From an uncultured Muribaculaceae bacterium (GTDB lineage: Bacteria > Bacteroidota > Bacteroidia > Bacteroidales > Muribaculaceae): a DNA stretch of 64,000 bases. The position numbers and the translations under genes were made by a program. Below, in pieces: positions 58,284 through 64,000 of the stretch. The stretch covers positions 4,011 to 68,010 of the forward strand of contig CAJTZQ010000006.1 of NCBI GenBank assembly GCA_910583795.1, in the 5' to 3' direction. The number at the start of each line of letters is the position of its first letter. The first letter of the stretch is position 1. The notes beneath the pieces were generated by a model, which had not been told where the DNA came from, did no database searches, and saw nothing but the letters and a program-made list of their open reading frames with translations.

Positions 58284-60844
58284 TGCGATATTTTCTATTT
58301 ATACTACTGGCCTTGCTCTCTTTCCCGGCATTGGCAAAAGAGACGGTCGATACAGACACCGACAGCCTTGTGGAAGAGATATTAAAGCTTAAGCAACCGG
58401 ATGATTATATCTCTCCGCAATACGATTTTGCAAAAGAGGCAGTCAAACAGTTTGAAGAATTCACTACGTCTCCAGGATGGTCAGTCGAACTTTTTGAACC
58501 ACTCGCAAGCGATCTCGTCGACATTCTTGTCGGCCGTCAGGATTATATAGCGGCAGGAATTGTACTGGAAAAAGCATTCAACATACTTTTGAATGAATAT
58601 TCCACTGAAAAAATTGTAAACCACAATGCACACTATCTCATGACTTCGGCAGCAGAATATTATGTACGAGGGGGAGTATATGCAAGTGCTGCAAATTTTC
58701 TTGAGACAGCAACATCCTTTTGCCTTATGACCGGGCGCAATTCAGGAAACCACTGGATCCGCATACTTTTCAACACATCTCAATTATTCTCTATATATGG
58801 AAACTTTGATTATGCAATCAAATTTTTCAATGACGGGATGAAGTATTTTTCGGAAATCAAAGAATCGGAACTTTCTCCTATTACAATCAACACAATGCTG
58901 CGCTGTGCCCTGGCACTTGTAGACCATACTGAGCAGGACACTTTCTCCAACATGATTTCATTTATGAAAGGAGACCACTCTTTCACTGCTGAAAACGCAA
59001 TGCACTGGAATCTTTTCATTGCCCGTTGCCTCCATCACTATAACAAAGACTATGAAGCCGCCGACAGGGCATACGACGCTGTATTTAATTCCTCTCAAGC
59101 AAAAGGTGCATACCCGATTGCGATGACCGATGCCATAGAGACATCCTGGTATTTAGGGAAAGACAAGTATTCTACTATGCTCCTCACAGCAACTAATATC
59201 GGCAGGTCCCTTATTGAGCAGTCGCTAAATTCATTTGCAATCAATGACACTGAACAATACTGGAACAACACAGCAGAAAAGCTTAACCGCGCTTATGGAT
59301 TCACCTTCAATCTTGAAAACCCGGATCAATTCCTGATGACAGGGGCATTTCTGAATGCTGTATTCACGAAATCCCTTTCCATTCAGACCTACACCGAGAT
59401 GATGAAATCTATCAAAACCGGCGGAAGCAGCAAACACCGTGAAGCCTTTGACAAGATCGTTGAGCTACGCCGTAAAATGGGAAACACAACTAATCCTGAA
59501 CAACGTAATGCCATAGCTTCTGAGCTCAACCATCTTGAATGGTCTTTGCGCATATCATCTGATTTTACCGGGTTCTATGGATTGAACCATAACAAGACAG
59601 TTCTGATGCCATCCGGTCTTGCACCCGACGAATGTGAAATCGAGATTGTTGAGTATCCCAAAATTGAAAACGGAGAGGAGATAAATTGCTATGGCGCCAT
59701 TATTTGCACTTCCAAACCTCACACCGACAAACGTCTCGGCATCTCTCACCGCGTGGAGAATTATGAATTCGTCTACCTCGGACCTGTCATTGCATGGCAA
59801 CTTTTCCATTTTGGAATGAACGATAATTTTGACGACAAAACACGGGCGGAACAATACCGGCATGACCAGATAGTCAGTGTGGGGAATCTCATGGTTCCGC
59901 TATTGAATCATATTCAGGGATATAAGAAAGCTTACGTCTCCCCTACAGGTATATTGAGCATGATCAACATCGGTGCCCTTCCCTGGGGAACGGGCGACAG
60001 CATTGTCAATGACAAAGTAGAGATTGTGAGGATCAATGCGGCATACGATGTGCCTGACATAAAAAAACGTGATGCAAGCCTTAGATCAGCCGCCTTGTTC
60101 CATAATATTGATTTCAACAATTCCAATCAGTCGAATAATTACATGACGGACAATCTCGGTGAAACTTCAGGTTATCGTGTGAGCATCGAAAAAGGAGGTC
60201 CGCTGAAAAAATTCAACAGGCTTCCCATTGACGGCGCCAAACTGCTGCAATGCGTCAAAAGCCAGACAAAAAAGATTGACAATCATTCGGCGGCATTTGC
60301 CTCGGAAGAAGCTTTCAAGAAATATGATAGCAATGCACCAGAACTTATACACATAGATACTCACGGATTTTTTATCCAATCATCAGATCAAGCATTTATT
60401 GGTAAGCATGTGCTCTCCGGCACAAGAGAACGCGCCCTACTTACATGCGGACTCGCAATGTCGGGGTGTAATCATGCATGGGCAGGTGAAGATGTGCCGG
60501 AGGGAAAGGAAGACGGTATTTTGACTGGATGGGAAATTTCTTGCATGGACCTGTCGGGATGCAAATTAGCCGTGCTTTCGGCATGCGAGACTGCACAAGG
60601 CAACGTGGACAGGATCAACGGCGTGCTCGGATTGCAGAGAGCCTTGAAGATGGCGGGAGTGAAAGCCATGTTGCTGACGCTATGGTCGGTCGACAACGAA
60701 CTGACCGAAGAGTTTATCAACGGTTTCTATAAGAGATTGCCAAACTCAGCAAACTTCAATGAGGCGTTTGTAGAGACACAGAAAGAGTTTCGCAAGCGCC
60801 ACCCCGACCCCTACCATTGGGCACCGTTCATGCTTATCAACTGA
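58280..60844 (+). CDS. Second CHAT-domain protease with signal peptide
   Basis: Signal peptide ending ALA, IHIDTHGF, VLSACETA, TLWSVD, HWAPFMLI; ATGA overlap with the caspase gene. Confidence 0.9.
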   Translation: MMRYFLFILLALLSFPALAKETVDTDTDSLVEEILKLKQPDDYISPQYDFAKEAVKQFEEFTTSPGWSVELFEPLASDLVDILVGRQDYIAAGIVLEKAFNILLNEYSTEKIVNHNAHYLMTSAAEYYVRGGVYASAANFLETATSFCLMTGRNSGNHWIRILFNTSQLFSIYGNFDYAIKFFNDGMKYFSEIKESELSPITINTMLRCALALVDHTEQDTFSNMISFMKGDHSFTAENAMHWNLFIARCLHHYNKDYEAADRAYDAVFNSSQAKGAYPIAMTDAIETSWYLGKDKYSTMLLTATNIGRSLIEQSLNSFAINDTEQYWNNTAEKLNRAYGFTFNLENPDQFLMTGAFLNAVFTKSLSIQTYTEMMKSIKTGGSSKHREAFDKIVELRRKMGNTTNPEQRNAIASELNHLEWSLRISSDFTGFYGLNHNKTVLMPSGLAPDECEIEIVEYPKIENGEEINCYGAIICTSKPHTDKRLGISHRVENYEFVYLGPVIAWQLFHFGMNDNFDDKTRAEQYRHDQIVSVGNLMVPLLNHIQGYKKAYVSPTGILSMINIGALPWGTGDSIVNDKVEIVRINAAYDVPDIKKRDASLRSAALFHNIDFNNSNQSNNYMTDNLGETSGYRVSIEKGGPLKKFNRLPIDGAKLLQCVKSQTKKIDNHSAAFASEEAFKKYDSNAPELIHIDTHGFFIQSSDQAFIGKHVLSGTRERALLTCGLAMSGCNHAWAGEDVPEGKEDGILTGWEISCMDLSGCKLAVLSACETAQGNVDRINGVLGLQRALKMAGVKAMLLTLWSVDNELTEEFINGFYKRLPNSANFNEAFVETQKEFRKRHPDPYHWAPFMLIN

Positions 60845-60924
60845 CATCCGCACACTCCCGATAAAGTCACTATTTACCTTCTGCATATTATCGGTATTAC
60901 AAGATGTAACCAACAGTTAAGGAT

Positions 60925-61680
60925 ATGACAGAAACCTTTTGGCGCTTTGTGATTATGCTTATCGGAGTCTTTTTCATCAGATGGCTTTTCAACGCCATCC
61001 AAGACAGGAAAGACGATGAAGAAATCCAACGCAAATTTTATGATGACGGGGAAGGTCCCGAACGACCGCCCTTTTGTGAATCACCTTCCCCTCCTTCTGA
61101 ACCGGTTCCGTTGCATGACAAGGCAGCCCTTCGAGCAATGGATCCGGAACCGAATTGTGAAACTATGGAATTAATTAAAAAATATCAACAGGAAATGACT
61201 GAAAAAGAAAATTTACAAGCGCAGAATAAAGAACTACTTTTGACGACTCTGCAGGAAATGGGATGCCAGCCGCAGGAAGATCCCGACGAGGACAGAATAT
61301 ATCTTAAATATCAAGGTGAGAACTTCTGTATCGACCAGAATCTTAGTTTCATAAGGATATGGGATTTACCGTTCGCAGATGTAAATGTCATAGACACTAA
61401 TTTACCTCTCATAATCGAGACTATCAATACGGCTAACCACTGTATGGGTCCTGCTATTATATTATCGGATCCGGATGAAAATGGCAAACGAAACATAATG
61501 AGTCGTATGGACTTACTCTTTTCCACGTTTATTCCTGAGCCGGCATCATATCTTGCCGCCGTCTTTGAGCTTTTCTTCCAAATAAAACATACATTTAAAC
61601 TCGAATTGGATAAAGCCCTCGACCCCTCAGGCGAAGGAAAAAATTCCAACCTATCCACCTCCCAGCCATTTCTGAACTAA
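60925..61680 (+). CDS. Membrane-anchored hypothetical protein, possible YbjN-like C-terminal domain
   Basis: N-terminal TM, Pro-rich linker, L.EMGCQP..YQGENF. Confidence 0.55.
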   Translation: MTETFWRFVIMLIGVFFIRWLFNAIQDRKDDEEIQRKFYDDGEGPERPPFCESPSPPSEPVPLHDKAALRAMDPEPNCETMELIKKYQQEMTEKENLQAQNKELLLTTLQEMGCQPQEDPDEDRIYLKYQGENFCIDQNLSFIRIWDLPFADVNVIDTNLPLIIETINTANHCMGPAIILSDPDENGKRNIMSRMDLLFSTFIPEPASYLAAVFELFFQIKHTFKLELDKALDPSGEGKNSNLSTSQPFLN

Positions 61681-61713
61681 TCCCAATACATTCTATATAT
61701 AAGAAATATAAAA

Positions 61714-63129
61714 TCAGTCGAACAAGGCATCTGCAGTTATAATATTTTGTATATCTCCTGCATACTCATTTGATGTCAGACCTGAGGCTGCTATCATTGT
61801 CAGAAATATGGCGTTTCTCGTTTTTGTAACATCCCTTAATCTCGCAATCTTATTCTGAAGATTGGCGGCATACTTTTTGTCGATTATAAAAGGATTCTTC
61901 GTATATTTCATTTCACATAGATTGAACACCTTATCGGCTCTTTCAATCAGCAAATCTATTTCGACACCTGGAAGATCGGCATATGGCGGAGTACGCCATG
62001 AAAATTCATTGCTCAATATGCCTCCAATCCCTAAAGCATTTTTTATTTGACGAATGTGAAGCAGACATATTCTTTCAAATGATAACCCACACCAATTGGA
62101 AAATACTGCACTCGTTTGAATTTTTGACCAATAACCTTCATCTGTATTTTTTTTAGATGAAAGAAATCTATAATAGAATAATGTATAGTTGTCGATAAGT
62201 TGATATACAGTTCCTTTCACCCTATTCCCATAGGACGAATATGAACGTATAAATCCACAAGCTTCAAGATCACCAAGATATTTAGTTAATGAACCGTTTC
62301 GGAACAGTTTTGTTGACTCTGAAATTTCTTCGATTGTCATTCCCACTTTTTTCTTTCCCAGTACAGATATAATTTTCAAATATGGATCAGGATGCTTAAA
62401 CAATGAGGCGTATAGATCCTCAAACTCATTCTTTAAAATAGCATTCTCTGTGAAGAACATACGATCTATATTCTGAGCAAGGCTGAATCTGTGGTCAAGT
62501 TTACTCCAATAATAAGGAACACCCCCAAATATCATGTATGCCTCTATAATTTGCGGACGGGTCATCTGCATACGCACAGATGCAACATATTTCTCACATT
62601 CTCTCAGAGTGAACTGTTTCAACTTGATGCTTCGAGAAAGTCGGTTATGTAATCCACCATGATTATTAACAATATTTTTGATAATCCATGAGGTTGCCGA
62701 ACCACACACAATTAATAAGATATCTTTCCTTGCCGATGCCCACCCATTCCAAAAATGTTCAAATGCCGGAAGAAAATCAGACTTAGGTGTATCCATCCAC
62801 GGAAGTTCATCAAGAAAAATTATTTTCTTATTCTCTTTCTTATCCTTGATAAAGGTCAAAAGGTATTGAAATGCCTCAAGCCAATTTTTAGGTATTCGTG
62901 AAGGTGTGTAGCCATGATTTACCAATGAATTATAAAATGCCACAAGTTGACCCTTAGCCGGCAATTTAGATACTCCTGCATGGAAAAAGGAAAAACGATT
63001 CTGCAACGTCTCTCTTACAAGATATGTTTTACCAATTCGCCGACGACCATATATGGCGACAAATTCTGACTCGGAAGAGGAGTAAGCCTCTTCAAGTTGA
63101 TATATTTCTTCTTCTCGTCCTATGAGCAT
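61714..63129 (-). CDS. AAA/archaeal-ATPase-family protein with wHTH and C-terminal PD-(D/E)XK-like domain
   Basis: IGREEE, YGRRRIGKT, IFLDELP, GGVPYY, EIDLLI..LCEMKY. Confidence 0.9.
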   Translation of the reverse strand: MLIGREEEIYQLEEAYSSSESEFVAIYGRRRIGKTYLVRETLQNRFSFFHAGVSKLPAKGQLVAFYNSLVNHGYTPSRIPKNWLEAFQYLLTFIKDKKENKKIIFLDELPWMDTPKSDFLPAFEHFWNGWASARKDILLIVCGSATSWIIKNIVNNHGGLHNRLSRSIKLKQFTLRECEKYVASVRMQMTRPQIIEAYMIFGGVPYYWSKLDHRFSLAQNIDRMFFTENAILKNEFEDLYASLFKHPDPYLKIISVLGKKKVGMTIEEISESTKLFRNGSLTKYLGDLEACGFIRSYSSYGNRVKGTVYQLIDNYTLFYYRFLSSKKNTDEGYWSKIQTSAVFSNWCGLSFERICLLHIRQIKNALGIGGILSNEFSWRTPPYADLPGVEIDLLIERADKVFNLCEMKYTKNPFIIDKKYAANLQNKIARLRDVTKTRNAIFLTMIAASGLTSNEYAGDIQNIITADALFD

Positions 63130-63329
63130 ACTTCAAAATTTGTACAAATATAATACTATTTTTTCAATATATACTATCTAAATCACCATAATTTTAATAG
63201 ATTTAGACAGCATATCAAGATTACATATAATAGTTTTTTACAAAGCAATTGAACTATTATGTATCTAAATCTTCAATTAAATTACACTTTTAGATACAAA
63301 ATAAATGAATTTTAAATCCTATCTTCCTA

Positions 63330-63520
63330 AGAGTATGTTTACTTTTGGCATAAGTTAAGATTTAGAAAGAGTTTTTGAGGTTGTTTTGAGACTCAGTGAA
63401 GGAGTTATGGGTTCCATAACGACTGAATGAAGACTTAAAACAAGCCAAAAAGGCTTCTAAAGATTTCTTAATATTAAAAGTAAACATAAGATTTCTTAAT
63501 ATTAAAAGTAAACATACTCT
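63330..63520. repeat. About 190-bp imperfect palindrome with 17-bp perfect terminal inverted repeats
   Basis: AGAGTATGTTTACTTTT at 63330-63346 and its complement at 63504-63520; internal 28-bp tandem duplication. Confidence 0.8.
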
Positions 63521-63751
63521 AATATTTACAAATTTTTATACTCTCTAAAAATATGCTTACACGTCAAATACATTTCAAAAAAACTCCTATATATTAGAGG
63601 CTTATACTACATAATCTTAAAGGCAAAAAAATATTACCATTTATATTTTTGACATATTTTCTGATTTTTGATTTACCTTGCCGGGGTTGATGGTATTATA
63701 AGATACAAAGGGAAAACAACCCGCCAAAACAATATTAACATCAATTCAATT

Positions 63752-64000
63752 ATGGGAAAAACTACTGTTTTTAATCTTATCATCCTTGATGAAAGCGGCT
63801 CGATGAGTCCACTCACTCAAGAGACAATCGAAGGATGCAACGAAACTCTCAACCTCATCCGTTCTCTCGAAGAAAAGCACGGCGACACTCAACGCAACCT
63901 TGTCAGCATCTATCTCTTCCAAAGCAATCCAGAGGTTCCATCGAGATATGTCTACCACAACCAACCTATCAATGAAATCGCCAACATGAATCCCGATACA
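63752..64000 (+). CDS. vWA-domain protein, N-terminal part (runs off window)
   Basis: Not in ORF track: MGKTTVFNLIILDESGSMSPLTQETIEGCNE.. with MIDAS DxSxS. Confidence 0.85.
   Translation, partial: MGKTTVFNLIILDESGSMSPLTQETIEGCNETLNLIRSLEEKHGDTQRNLVSIYLFQSNPEVPSRYVYHNQPINEIANMNPDT

Noticed and set aside
28379..64000. Prophage, ICE or IS element explaining the accessory region
   Set aside because: No integrase, transposase, relaxase, phage structural gene or tRNA attachment site recognised in the window

Overview
Chromosomal window from a Bacteroidales bacterium, judged from SusC/SusD, a hybrid two-component system and TAnnTTTG promoters. Left half: an ECF sigma/FecR/TonB-transducer module, a RelA/SpoT homologue, an AAA-PD-(D/E)XK protein, an NSS transporter and a Ca2+ P-type ATPase. 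It also holds a GH30/GH2 polysaccharide utilisation locus whose HTCS regulator has an in-frame TAG inside its AraC domain. Right half (about 28.4-64 kb) is an accessory, conflict-type region with a DUF4011 helicase-nuclease and a LytTR/CreD module. Its AT-rich 10-gene operon joins a vWA-PP2C-Ser/Thr kinase triad to a GNAT, a dedicated Hsp70/J-like/GrpE set, an ADP-ribosylglycohydrolase, a LysM membrane protein and a giant TPR-like protein. Two signal-peptide-bearing CHAT + caspase(C14) pairs follow. Just upstream of the operon are two tandem non-coding elements with the same architecture: two hairpins whose three loop boxes are mutually complementary, with entirely different box sequences in each element. 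They are bracketed by a REP-like hairpin family. No tRNA, rRNA, CRISPR array, integrase or transposase was recognised. All functional calls come from motifs read by eye, not from database searches.
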